Below are positions 18,445 to 27,240 of a stretch of DNA of 53,003 nt, in pieces. The stretch's first letter is position 1, and each line of letters starts with the position of its first letter. Under the pieces are notes generated by a model. It was not told the DNA's origin. It saw nothing but the letters and a program-made list of their open reading frames with translations, and made no database searches. Source of the stretch: a virus (Duplodnaviria; Caudoviricetes); the IMG/VR virus record IMGVR_UViG_3300012009_000060, positions 1-53,003 of that record, one strand, 5' to 3'. The translations under genes and the position numbers were made by a program.

Positions 18445-21400
18445 TTATGTCAACTCGACTTTGCGGGCTCCCTCGTCCGAGTCATTGTATAGCAAGTATG
18501 TCTTGTTGTCGTCGCTATCACGCCAGACCAGCATTTCGCCCGTTTCGGGGGTGGGTTGCGCCGACTGTGAAAGTCGTCGGGGTTTGAAGTAACCACCGTT
18601 TGTAGCACAGTCTACGGACTTGCCGCTTGCGAGTTCCAAGTCATCATCAAAGGTTATGCCGCTCCCGCTTGCGCTGTCTATCGTGTCTGTTTCTAATGTT
18701 CCAGTAGAAGACAAAGACAAATCTATGCCGCTCGCGAGTTCCAAGTCATCATCTACGCTAATGCCGCTAGAGCTTACGCTGTCGAGTGTGTCGGTTCTTA
18801 GCGTTCCGCTTGACGACAGGGTGAGGTCTACGTCTGTCCCTAGCTCAACGTCACCTCCTTCTACAGCGAAGACGCCGTCGTCTCCTCCGTTTTCCCCGCT
18901 GCCGAGAACGAACTTGACACCGCCGCCGTCGGCAGGGTCAACCGGGCTGTCCGCATCGGCCATGCGGAACACCATTTCAGGGACATCAAGACTGGTGTCG
19001 TAATCAAACGCACCGGGATCCCCTTCGTGAATCTTGGCGTATGTGCGACCCAAAAGCCAGCCCGAGTGGTGAAGGTTAATGCTAGTATCAAGATGGAACT
19101 CGGAGGAGTCGAACGCGTAATGCGGTATGGCTGTATAGGCTGCATGATCGCCAGCAGCAATTAGGAGCCCAGAGGGGAAGTTAACATCTTGGTACACACC
19201 GACGGAAAAGTCATCGACCCCGTTGTCGTAGTACGTCCACGCGCCAGCGCCGTCGGCACCGATAGTAGCGTACTCGCTTGACGTGTTCCCAAAAACCGTA
19301 ACGGGGACACTTATTTCAACGTCACTTCCGTCATCCGTAATTGAAGAATCGGACAAGCCGTCGGAGCCGTCAGCTTTTTGTAAGGTGTTAGCAGTTCCGC
19401 CTTGGAGCGATGTTAAATTAGAACCACCTAAATTTATTTCAGTGAAATAGCCGGTTCCAAACTTATTACCACTACTACCAATGTCAGGTGTATCACCACG
19501 GTTATACAGATTCTCACACCATACATCACCGTTAAAGTATCGGTCACCGTATTCAAGAATGTCTGCGCCGTCAATGACTAAGCTGCTGTTTACCTCCGGT
19601 ATAAGAGCAGTACTTGTGTTGACGTTGTAATACGCCAAGCGAAAAGGAGTAAACGGTCCAACGTATGTGCAATATTGTCTGGAGTGTTGAGAGGAGCTAA
19701 GATAATACTCTATTCCGCCGTACTTTGTGCCATTATATGTAAAGGTACATGGTCTTACGGGATCAGCATAAGCGCCTGTTTTGCTTAGTGTCGCGTACGC
19801 ATTTGTTGCGTTACGTTGCTTTTGGAAACAAAAGTTGATAACTACTGACGCAAGATACCCGCTCACACTATGTAAAGATATTGTTCCACGTGACCAGCTC
19901 TCTAATGTTATGTCGTCGTTGTCTAATTCGCAAAGAGCAATTACCTCTTTAGTGTAATCCCCTGGTGCACCAAAGTCAACAGCACGCAAGCCCGTAGATT
20001 CGTCAATAAAATGTGAGAAAGTCGGGCGATCATCAAGTGAGGTTTCAACGTCTGACCCGTCGAGACTGATGGATGTAAAATAGCCGGTTCCAAACTTATT
20101 ACCACTACTACCAATATCAGGTGTTCCGCCAGCGTTGGTGATACCTTTACCACTTGCAAGCGCCAAGTCGTCACCGACAGTTATCCCACCAGCACTTACA
20201 CTGTCAAGTGTATCTGCACTTAGCGTTCCTTCGACTTCAAAATCTCCGGTAAAGCTTCCATCACCGTCCACCGTAACTTCTGAACTAGTCGCTTCGATTA
20301 AAGGCGACATGGCACCGACGCGAACACTTAAGTTTCCTGCTGAAGGGTACCATATTCCATCGGTGAATGCGTCGTTCCAGAAAATACCTTTGTCGTAGTT
20401 CTTAAAATTCAAGAAATCGTCAAGGTCTAACGTGTCAGCAAGCAGCACGTTTCCGGTAGCGCGAGAGATTGAAATGGGGCTATCTTCGCGGGCTCCGCCA
20501 TCCGCATGGCGGCAAATTCTAAAGTTAGACCCTTCATTGCTTCCAGTTTCTGCTTCATCCGTTTTAGATATGCACCATCTATCCACTCCGTCGGAGCGCA
20601 AAAATATCACAGACTCAGAGGACGTATCTGGGGAATCAATCGCAAAGTACTGCGCGACGGCTAAAGAGTCATTCACAGCTAGTTTGTCATCAACGGTAAC
20701 CGTTGTCCCGTTTCCGCTTATTGTGTCACCCGAAAGTGTGATCCCGCCATCGACTCCTACGCTAGCGAACGTCGGACTGTCCCCTATGCCCAAGCCCAAG
20801 CTGGTGCGGGCCGTCGCGCCGGACTCGTAGGCAAAGGTTCCGGCCCCAGTACCAACGAGGAACTGGCCATCGGAAGCGACGGCACCGAGGGTGTTCAGGT
20901 CGTCCAGCACGTCACCGTGCGCTTGCACGTCGGTGCCAATAGCCAGGCCCAGGCTGGTGCGGGCTGTCGCGCCGGACTCGTAGGCAAAGGCCCCGGCCCC
21001 GGTACCGACGAGGAACTGGCCGTCGGAAGCGACGGCGCCAAGGGTGTTCAAGTCGTCCAGCACGTCACCGTGCTCTTGCACGTCGGTACCAATGTCGCCA
21101 TCAACCAGCAGCAGCGCCGTGTCAGCAATGCCGTGGACCCCGTCCGTATCGGCAACGTGTGCGGTCAAGTCCGCGTCCAGGGCCCCGTCTGTGATGCCGT
21201 ACCCGGCCAGTGTGGTAGGGGTGCCGGTAAGCAGCCCCCACGCCACCGTAGCGTTGAGGAGCGCGTTGCCGCCAAGCGAGAGGTCCCCAAGGACCGAAAC
21301 GGTGGCCCCATCGTCCGAGATCAAGCCATCTTCCCACGTCGTGGCCCCGACGCGGCCGTACCGGTTGGTCGTTAACCCCGAAGTGTCAATGGCGGCTGCC

Positions 21401-21777
21401 GGATGTGCGGGGTTGACGTCGCGAGCGATGAGCGTGTTGTGCGACAGAACGTTGGTCGTGGTTACCAGGTCCAGGCTGTCCAGCGACCCCAGCTGCCGAC
21501 TGATGACCACGGTGGCCGTGGCCCCGCGGTGGTGCGTAATGGTGACCAGGTGCGTTACGTCATCGGCGTTGTGGACGAACACCGAACGGACGATACGGGG
21601 GTCTGAAGCTGCCGACACCAACACCACGCTGGCATCGGCCACCAGCGCCGTGCTGGAGCCTTCCACGAAGGTGGTACCGTGATCACCGTAGCTTGCGAGG
21701 GCCGTCAAGGGTGACGCCGAAATCGCCTCTTCCACAGCGATTGTGAGCGTGTCGCCGGGCTCCAAGACAAGAGTCAT
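18445..21777 (-). CDS. long mosaic tail fibre / receptor-binding protein, 1110 aa
   Basis: PTTLAGYGITDG fibre motif, internal repeats, lower-GC C-terminal part. Confidence 0.75.
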   Translation of the reverse strand: MTLVLEPGDTLTIAVEEAISASPLTALASYGDHGTTFVEGSSTALVADASVVLVSAASDPRIVRSVFVHNADDVTHLVTITHHRGATATVVISRQLGSLDSLDLVTTTNVLSHNTLIARDVNPAHPAAAIDTSGLTTNRYGRVGATTWEDGLISDDGATVSVLGDLSLGGNALLNATVAWGLLTGTPTTLAGYGITDGALDADLTAHVADTDGVHGIADTALLLVDGDIGTDVQEHGDVLDDLNTLGAVASDGQFLVGTGAGAFAYESGATARTSLGLAIGTDVQAHGDVLDDLNTLGAVASDGQFLVGTGAGTFAYESGATARTSLGLGIGDSPTFASVGVDGGITLSGDTISGNGTTVTVDDKLAVNDSLAVAQYFAIDSPDTSSESVIFLRSDGVDRWCISKTDEAETGSNEGSNFRICRHADGGAREDSPISISRATGNVLLADTLDLDDFLNFKNYDKGIFWNDAFTDGIWYPSAGNLSVRVGAMSPLIEATSSEVTVDGDGSFTGDFEVEGTLSADTLDSVSAGGITVGDDLALASGKGITNAGGTPDIGSSGNKFGTGYFTSISLDGSDVETSLDDRPTFSHFIDESTGLRAVDFGAPGDYTKEVIALCELDNDDITLESWSRGTISLHSVSGYLASVVINFCFQKQRNATNAYATLSKTGAYADPVRPCTFTYNGTKYGGIEYYLSSSQHSRQYCTYVGPFTPFRLAYYNVNTSTALIPEVNSSLVIDGADILEYGDRYFNGDVWCENLYNRGDTPDIGSSGNKFGTGYFTEINLGGSNLTSLQGGTANTLQKADGSDGLSDSSITDDGSDVEISVPVTVFGNTSSEYATIGADGAGAWTYYDNGVDDFSVGVYQDVNFPSGLLIAAGDHAAYTAIPHYAFDSSEFHLDTSINLHHSGWLLGRTYAKIHEGDPGAFDYDTSLDVPEMVFRMADADSPVDPADGGGVKFVLGSGENGGDDGVFAVEGGDVELGTDVDLTLSSSGTLRTDTLDSVSSSGISVDDDLELASGIDLSLSSTGTLETDTIDSASGSGITFDDDLELASGKSVDCATNGGYFKPRRLSQSAQPTPETGEMLVWRDSDDNKTYLLYNDSDEGARKVELT
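19445..20124. repeat. 47-bp direct repeat pair (19445-19491, 20078-20124) bracketing a fibre module
   Basis: AAATAGCCGGTTCCAAACTTATTACCACTACTACCAAT(G/A)TCAGGTGT, one mismatch, 633 bp apart; encodes TPDIGSSGNKFGTGYF. Confidence 0.9.
20790..21093. repeat. 153-bp (51 aa) tandem duplication in the fibre gene
   Basis: GTDVQxHGDVLDDLNTLGAVASDGQFLVGTGAGxFAYESGATARTSLGL occurs twice. Confidence 0.9.
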
Positions 21778-22067
21778 GCAAGCATCCAGGTGTACGCGAA
21801 CTGCGAAGCCGTTGGGGCATCGCCACTTCGACTATACCGAGCATCGAGGAAATGCAAGTCCAGAGAAAACTCAAGCGGAGCACTGCCCACCGCACCGCCC
21901 CCGACCAGGCCGACTCCCGCGGCAATTTCTGCCGTTTCGAGGGCAGTGACGCGGGATTCAAAGGTCGCGCCGTCGGCAGTGCCTGACAGGGCCGGCAGCG
22001 TGTACGACATGACGTCCAGCTGCCCGTACTGCCGGGTGACAATCTTACCGACGGGGCGGTTGACCAC
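21774..22067 (-). CDS. small hypothetical virion protein, 97 aa
   Basis: ATGA coupling to the fibre gene; ESRVTALE coiled motif. Confidence 0.5.
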   Translation of the reverse strand: MVNRPVGKIVTRQYGQLDVMSYTLPALSGTADGATFESRVTALETAEIAAGVGLVGGGAVGSAPLEFSLDLHFLDARYSRSGDAPTASQFAYTWMLA

Positions 22068-22070
22068 GGG

Positions 22071-22433
22071 TCACCCGAGGTTCAGCCGGGACACTGCCAG
22101 CACGATTAGCGACACCACCATTCCCACCCCAACGATTTTTAGCGCCGAGATGGCGATTTCTGCCAGCAACACACCGATGGGCTGATCCAATTTTGACCGC
22201 ACGGGGGCGTCAAACACGCACCGGCGTGCGTTGTGCTCCTTCTCGATCCGGTCAAGACGCGACATTGCCTGCGCGGTCTCGGCCGTGCGACGGTCAATGG
22301 CATGCAGCGTCTTCGCTTGCTGTTCCAGGCGCTCCCAAATCTTGTCCATGGTGGTCTTCACCTCCAGGAGCGCAGTTTCTTGGACGCGCTGGCGTGTTTC
22401 CAGCGCGCCCATCTGGTAATCTGGACTCGGCAT
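22071..22433 (-). CDS. coiled-coil protein with C-terminal transmembrane segment (holin-like)
   Basis: GGAGG RBS, heptad N-terminus, hydrophobic C-terminus. Confidence 0.5.
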   Translation of the reverse strand: MPSPDYQMGALETRQRVQETALLEVKTTMDKIWERLEQQAKTLHAIDRRTAETAQAMSRLDRIEKEHNARRCVFDAPVRSKLDQPIGVLLAEIAISALKIVGVGMVVSLIVLAVSRLNLG

Positions 22434-22471
22434 AGTGTACCTCCCAAGAGCAAAGATTCAACACCTTGCTC

Positions 22472-23074
22472 TTAGTAGCGCACCCCGATCAGGCGCGAGG
22501 CCTGCGACGCCACGACCACATCGTTACACGTGAGCTGCGTAGCCAGGTCTTCGGTGATGGTGGTACTGTCGATGTCAGCCGCGTCCATGATCCAGACTTC
22601 GATCATTTCGCCGTCTGACCCGGCCGCACCGATTTCCAGAGTCTGACCAGACCCCGAAACCGTTTTGACCAGGAATTCGCCCGCGCCGGGGCCGCCGCTG
22701 GTGTCGCTTTGGACACGCTTGTAGATGCTTTGAACGATGCCTCCGACACCGATTTCCCGCACCACGACCCGCAGCCGGTTAGCATCGGTGAGCGAGCCAC
22801 TGTCGTCGTGCAGGTTGGCCAGGGCACTGTAGTCGCCCTCGTCCCACGAGGTGGTCGACCCGTCCAGGGTGATGCGCTGGTACTTGATGGAGGAAGACAC
22901 CGACGTGTCGATGCCGCCGCCTTGGCGCAGCGTATTCACACCGGGGTGGTTGACACCGTAGATGGTGCAGGAGGCGGTAGAGGTTTCGGCAATGGCCATT
23001 TGGCCGACGCCGAAGGGGTAGTTGCCGAGCTGCACTTCGGTGCTAGCGGCGAGGGCTTTGACGATATCCACCAT
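22472..23074 (-). CDS. putative virion structural protein, 200 aa
   Basis: S/T/G-rich beta protein in the late operon; GGAG RBS. Confidence 0.5.
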   Translation of the reverse strand: MVDIVKALAASTEVQLGNYPFGVGQMAIAETSTASCTIYGVNHPGVNTLRQGGGIDTSVSSSIKYQRITLDGSTTSWDEGDYSALANLHDDSGSLTDANRLRVVVREIGVGGIVQSIYKRVQSDTSGGPGAGEFLVKTVSGSGQTLEIGAAGSDGEMIEVWIMDAADIDSTTITEDLATQLTCNDVVVASQASRLIGVRY

Positions 23075-23136
23075 GATGATCTCCGGGGTCCGGGGTTGAA
23101 GGTTCTACCACCAAGCAAACTGCACGGGTACCGGTG

Positions 23137-23646
23137 TCAACAGAAAACTTGTCCCATGGGCATGATGCGCCGGACCCGCCCTTCAAGGCGAAACTTCTCC
23201 ACCACCTTTGTCACGTCCCCGCGCAGGCGGTCCCAGTACGATGATGTGCGCTTGGGGCCATAGGTGCCCAGAAACGAATGCTCACCCTTCCAGTCCGCCC
23301 CGTAGATGTCAATGGCCTGGGCCTTGAACAGGGTAGCGCCGGCGATGGTTTGCGGGAGCGTGTACCGGTGGTGCGGCATGTGCAGCGATGGCCAGATGAC
23401 CGTCGGCTGTCGCTGCTTCCACAGAGTGAAGGCCCCCATGTACCCGATGCGCGGTTCGGGGGTAAACATGGTCAAGGCCACCAAATCTTGACAGCAAAAC
23501 ATGTCATGCGGCAGCTTTCCCGCCTCGTTGATGGCCAACACCAGGCGGTACTTGTCTGTGTCCGCCTTTTCCCACGTTGTGGTGAGACTGGGGCCGGAGC
23601 ATAGGATAGCAATGTCGGCCGGCAGCCGATAGGGATCGACAGTCAC
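23137..23646 (-). CDS. Maf/sialyltransferase-like glycosyltransferase-fold protein
   Basis: AILCSGPSL...LAIN...DMFCCQD...IDIYGAD follows the GxGPS / iavN / I.l.G.D pattern of DUF115/Maf and CstII-like families. Confidence 0.55.
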   Translation of the reverse strand: MTVDPYRLPADIAILCSGPSLTTTWEKADTDKYRLVLAINEAGKLPHDMFCCQDLVALTMFTPEPRIGYMGAFTLWKQRQPTVIWPSLHMPHHRYTLPQTIAGATLFKAQAIDIYGADWKGEHSFLGTYGPKRTSSYWDRLRGDVTKVVEKFRLEGRVRRIMPMGQVFC

Positions 23647-23909
23647 GAGCAGTACCTCCGCAGAATGCCCCGTTCACAGGGGATGAGATTGGTGCGGCGC
23701 ATGTCCAGCATTTCCCCGTTGCGCCGGCCGCACTTGGAACGCACCAGTACTTCATCCAGCCGCCGCCACCGCTGCCAGCCTGCGCACTTGATGAGGGGGA
23801 CCCCATCTGCCCGCAGTTTCAGATGCGTGTAAGCCAGCATGGGTTCAAGATCTTCGAAATCCTCCCGGTCTACGAGGATAGCGACGTCTTCAACCTGGAT
23901 GCTGTGCAT
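23643..23909 (-). CDS. degenerate HNH-endonuclease-like protein
   Basis: ILVDREDF...RNGEMLDMRRTNL resembles the phage HNH pattern (VD.eD ... DHiNg..LDNRr.NL), but the catalytic His and Asn are absent. Confidence 0.45.
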   Translation of the reverse strand: MHSIQVEDVAILVDREDFEDLEPMLAYTHLKLRADGVPLIKCAGWQRWRRLDEVLVRSKCGRRNGEMLDMRRTNLIPCERGILRRYCS

Positions 23910-23911
23910 GG

Positions 23912-25537
23912 CTACCAGTCCGAGAACAGGGAGGGGATACGGGGACCGTCACCAGCCATTGCAAACTCATGTGCCCGCTCCAGATCTTCTTCGTAGATGC
24001 CATGCGGGTCCCGGAGCGTTCCCCCGTCACCTTCGATTTCATCCGAGAAATTCAGGCCGGTTGGGGTGGGCAACACCCGATGCTGTAGACAGCGCGCCGG
24101 AATGGAGATGGTATCCACGATGTCGTCGAAGTCGCCCTTGTCGAAGGCCAAGATTTCGGGTAGGGCAGTAAAGTTTACCTTGGGAGTATCTGGCAAATGG
24201 ATAAGGCCCATGCCACTTTGCGCCTGCGCAGCGGCCGCCTTGCGTCGTTTGTCCATGCCACACGCAGGTGGAACCACGATTTCGAAGTACTTGCTGCGTT
24301 TGCGCATTTCGCGCTCAAGCATTGGCCGAATGGCGCTGAGGATGGGGCCAGATTCAATGAGAATCTGGAATACGTTGTACCGTTCGGCCAGATCAATGGT
24401 TGCGATGACCGATTCGTAGATGTCCAGCTTGTCGTGGACAAAGTCTGGCAAGAAGTACTGGTGGTCATCGGCGGTAACTGCCATTGGCCACAAGCACGTG
24501 TAGTCGTTTTCTTCTTTGGTTTCCAGCGCGTAGTCTGTGGAAAGGTAGAAGTACAACTGGTCTGCAGGCGGGAGTTTGGCCGGATCGTACAAGTGGAAGT
24601 GCTTGCGCTTGAAGAAGTTACCTTCTTCCGCCACTGGCTGCTGCTGGTAGATAGCCAACCAGTCGCGCGGCGTCATGTTTTCTTGCAGCTCTTCGTAGAA
24701 CCCGCGTTGTGGGAAGCGGGCCGGGTGCAGCGCTTCCCCCTTCTTGCGGTGTTTCTCGTCTTTCGTGGCAATAGCGGGGAAGTCCACTGAAAACCACCGG
24801 CGTTTCTTGGCCGGCCGCTCCGCGTCTTGGGCTTTGATTTTGCCGATTAAGTCGTTAGTGCGCCAGCGTGTGTGCATGACCACCATAGCCCCGCCAGGTG
24901 CGAGCCGTTGCATAGCGGTGGTCCAAAACCACTGCCAGATTGCGGTGTTGACCGTCTCTGAATCGGCTTCCTTGGCGCTCGCATACGGGTCATCAAGAAT
25001 AAACAAGTGGGCGCCGCGGCCGTTGATGGTCCCGTCGCGGCCCACAAACCGCAACCCGCCCCCTTGAGCGGTGAGGAGCCGGGAGCGCGAATTGACTTCG
25101 GGATTGAGGGTGTAATCGGGGAAGATGGCCTTAAACCGGGGGTCTGTTGCCGTTTGCTTGCACCAAATGCCGTGGTCTTCGGCCAACTCTCCAGTAGCTG
25201 ACGCCACGATGACTTCCAGCTTTGGGTTGCGCGCACTGAAAAAGAGCGGGAACCCTTTCGAGTACGTTTGAGATTTAGCATGCCGGGGCGGCATGGTTAC
25301 CAGCAACCGGCGCAACAGCGCGCCAGCCTCGCTTGGCTTGCGAATTGCGTCTTCAAGCTGGGCCGCCCGTTGGCACATTTCGGTAATGTGCCACCCGGGT
25401 TGGAAGTCAGGGGTGAACACTGACAGGAAGGCTTCCAAGCTTTGGCCGGCCAACTTGCGCTGCGCTGCGACTTGCAAGGCCCGCCGCCGCCGCGCGTGGG
25501 CCTCCATTTGCTCACCGATAACGGCGAGGCTAGTCAC
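23912..25537 (-). CDS. terL: terminase large subunit
   Basis: Walker A MPPRHAKS, Walker B FILDDP, VMHTRW, YQQQP, nuclease motifs STD and DDIVD; start set at GTG 25537 overlapping the terS stop. Confidence 0.92.
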   Translation of the reverse strand: MTSLAVIGEQMEAHARRRRALQVAAQRKLAGQSLEAFLSVFTPDFQPGWHITEMCQRAAQLEDAIRKPSEAGALLRRLLVTMPPRHAKSQTYSKGFPLFFSARNPKLEVIVASATGELAEDHGIWCKQTATDPRFKAIFPDYTLNPEVNSRSRLLTAQGGGLRFVGRDGTINGRGAHLFILDDPYASAKEADSETVNTAIWQWFWTTAMQRLAPGGAMVVMHTRWRTNDLIGKIKAQDAERPAKKRRWFSVDFPAIATKDEKHRKKGEALHPARFPQRGFYEELQENMTPRDWLAIYQQQPVAEEGNFFKRKHFHLYDPAKLPPADQLYFYLSTDYALETKEENDYTCLWPMAVTADDHQYFLPDFVHDKLDIYESVIATIDLAERYNVFQILIESGPILSAIRPMLEREMRKRSKYFEIVVPPACGMDKRRKAAAAQAQSGMGLIHLPDTPKVNFTALPEILAFDKGDFDDIVDTISIPARCLQHRVLPTPTGLNFSDEIEGDGGTLRDPHGIYEEDLERAHEFAMAGDGPRIPSLFSDW

Positions 25538-25982
25538 TTGTTTCTCTGTCGTCGTCTTCGTCGTCTTCCAACAGCGCGTCCAACGACCCAGCTTCGGCCT
25601 GTGCTTCGGCTTCCTGCGGCACGTAAGTACCAGCGGCAATCTCGTGCAAGGTTGCCGTGTCCGCATGCTCAATGGCGTCCAGCGCCAGCTTCCGGCTGTC
25701 CACCGCGGTCGTGGTAACGGCCAAGCTGCGGGGGGAGGGCAGGAACTTATCCACGAGGTAGTTGACTTGCTTTCTCCGCTCCTCAGGGCTCAAGTCGTCG
25801 TAGAGCGCGTATCCCTCATCATCCAGCATCGGATGCCCGGTCAGGCTATCAAACTTGGTCATGCGCCCTTCCATGGCGCACTGCACTGCCAAAGCCAAAA
25901 GCCCTTCACGGGGAATGTTTGCCCGTAGCCGTTCGGCATGCTGATGGTCTGCGCACGGAGGGCGCGAGGGAAGGCGGAGCAT
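25530..25982 (-). CDS. putative terminase small subunit
   Basis: 150-aa helical ORF overlapping the terL start, first gene of the operon; assignment is positional. Confidence 0.55.
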   Translation of the reverse strand: MLRLPSRPPCADHQHAERLRANIPREGLLALAVQCAMEGRMTKFDSLTGHPMLDDEGYALYDDLSPEERRKQVNYLVDKFLPSPRSLAVTTTAVDSRKLALDAIEHADTATLHEIAAGTYVPQEAEAQAEAGSLDALLEDDEDDDRETSD

Positions 25983-25987
25983 GCGTC

Positions 25988-26016
25988 AGTATAACGCTAT
26001 TGGCGCTGTGTGTCAA
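25988..26016 (-). promoter_or_regulatory. sigma70-type promoter of the packaging/virion operon
   Basis: TTGACA (26016-26011) - 17 bp - TATACT (25993-25988). Confidence 0.8.
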
Positions 26017-26025
26017 GAAAGGGAG

Positions 26026-26178
26026 GTTTCAGTTTTTGCTGAGATTGGTAGAGATAAAACGATACAGGTAGTAGTGTTTCAGTTTTTGCTGAGATTGGTA
26101 GAGATGGTAACAGTACTGGGGAGTGACGAGGCTGGTAGTAGTGTTTCAGTTTTTGCTGAGATTGGTAGAGATGGTACC
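26026..26178. repeat. three identical 30-bp direct repeats (35-36 bp with flanks), CRISPR-repeat-like
   Basis: GTTTCAGTTTTTGCTGAGATTGGTAGAGAT at 26026, 26076 and 26143. Confidence 0.9.
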
Positions 26179-26333
26179 GCCCCCACCCGTCCAATCCCCC
26201 GGCCCCCCGATTAACCCCATCCCCTATCCACGTAGCACCAACCCCTTCACAGCAGGGAGCGCCGCCAGGTATGCATCGATGCAGGGCCATGCCGTGTTCA
26301 CGGCATTGTGCCCCCTAGGAGGGCGACTCGTTT

Positions 26334-26510
26334 CTGGCCTGGTGGCCTGGTGGCCGGAGTTCGCGCCTGGTGGCCTGTGCTGCACGCCTGGTGGCCTGTG
26401 CTGCACGCCTGGTGGCCTGTGCTGCACGCCTGGCGCCTGTACTGCACGCCTTGTGGCCTGTGCGGCGCCTTGTGGCCTGTGCGGCGCCTTGTGGCCCTGG
26501 TGGCCCAGAG
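26334..26510. repeat. degenerate 19-21 bp tandem repeat
   Basis: CGCCTGGTGGCCTGTGCTGCA x3 plus variants such as CGCCTTGTGGCCTGTGCGG. Confidence 0.9.
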
Positions 26511-26524
26511 CTCGCGCACCAGGC

Positions 26525-26584
26525 GCGCCAACAGTACCACTATCCAGGATTAGCGCCAACAGTACCACTATCCAGGATTAGCGC
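26525..26584. repeat. 28-bp perfect tandem repeat x2
   Basis: GCGCCAACAGTACCACTATCCAGGATTA twice, followed by degenerate TGCACCAC units. Confidence 0.9.
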
Positions 26585-26639
26585 TATTTGCACCACTAGG
26601 ACTAGCGCTAATTGCACCACCAGCGCACTGCCAGCGAAT

Positions 26640-27180
26640 AGCGTTAACTTGCAAATTGTATTTCAATGCCCCCTAGTAGACATAGGGTTATCTTGGTTCT
26701 TTCCTTATTGGGTCGGGGAAACACGAAATTACAATTAAGGGTTCAGTTGGTTTGCTTGTTTGTGATTCAACGTATTAACTGGACTTATGACGATAACGCT
26801 ATATTTATGGCCGTAACTATTTCTGATTGGTAAGAGCATATTAGGGTCGTCGTTGAACCCTATGCTCTTTCAGAATCGTGAGAGGAATATGATTTTAAGG
26901 CTTTAATACTAAGATGTTCTAGTTTTAGTTACTATCTGAATTGGACGGTTGGGGGCTTTTGCACCCCCTGTGGGGCGCTGGACTTACATAACGCTAACAG
27001 ATAACGCTCAGAAAACATCCGTCAAAAGAAACTAATCGACCTCCTCTATTAACTGAAATAATTTTTAATCTCGTATTCCCGTAGTTGTATAAGCCCTTAA
27101 TATCGGCCCATTCTGTCCCATATACTGAAGCAGGGCCCTGACCATTGTTTGTTTGTATTGTGCGAACGCCTCGCAATAAC
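26640..27180. other. AT-rich non-coding region (candidate origin or genome-end region)
   Basis: Visible drop in GC, no credible ORF, between divergent operons, bulged hairpin at 26832-26869. Confidence 0.5.
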
Positions 27181-27240
27181 TGGTGTCACACACATGCTAG
27201 CGCGCGTGCCCAGTTGTGCTCGCTGTGCTTCAAATAGCGG

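Noticed and set aside
87-25928. Many long plus-strand ORFs over the virion operon (e.g. 2303..3442, 15819..17474)
   Set aside because: Antisense shadows of tightly packed GC-rich minus-strand genes; no RBS or motifs
26026-26178. Calling a canonical CRISPR array
   Set aside because: Only three repeats, unequal spacers that share 9 nt, no cas genes; kept as a repeat and a finding
25981-27176. ORFs in the control region (e.g. 26224..26568, 26123..26581)
   Set aside because: Products of tandem repeats, low complexity, no RBS
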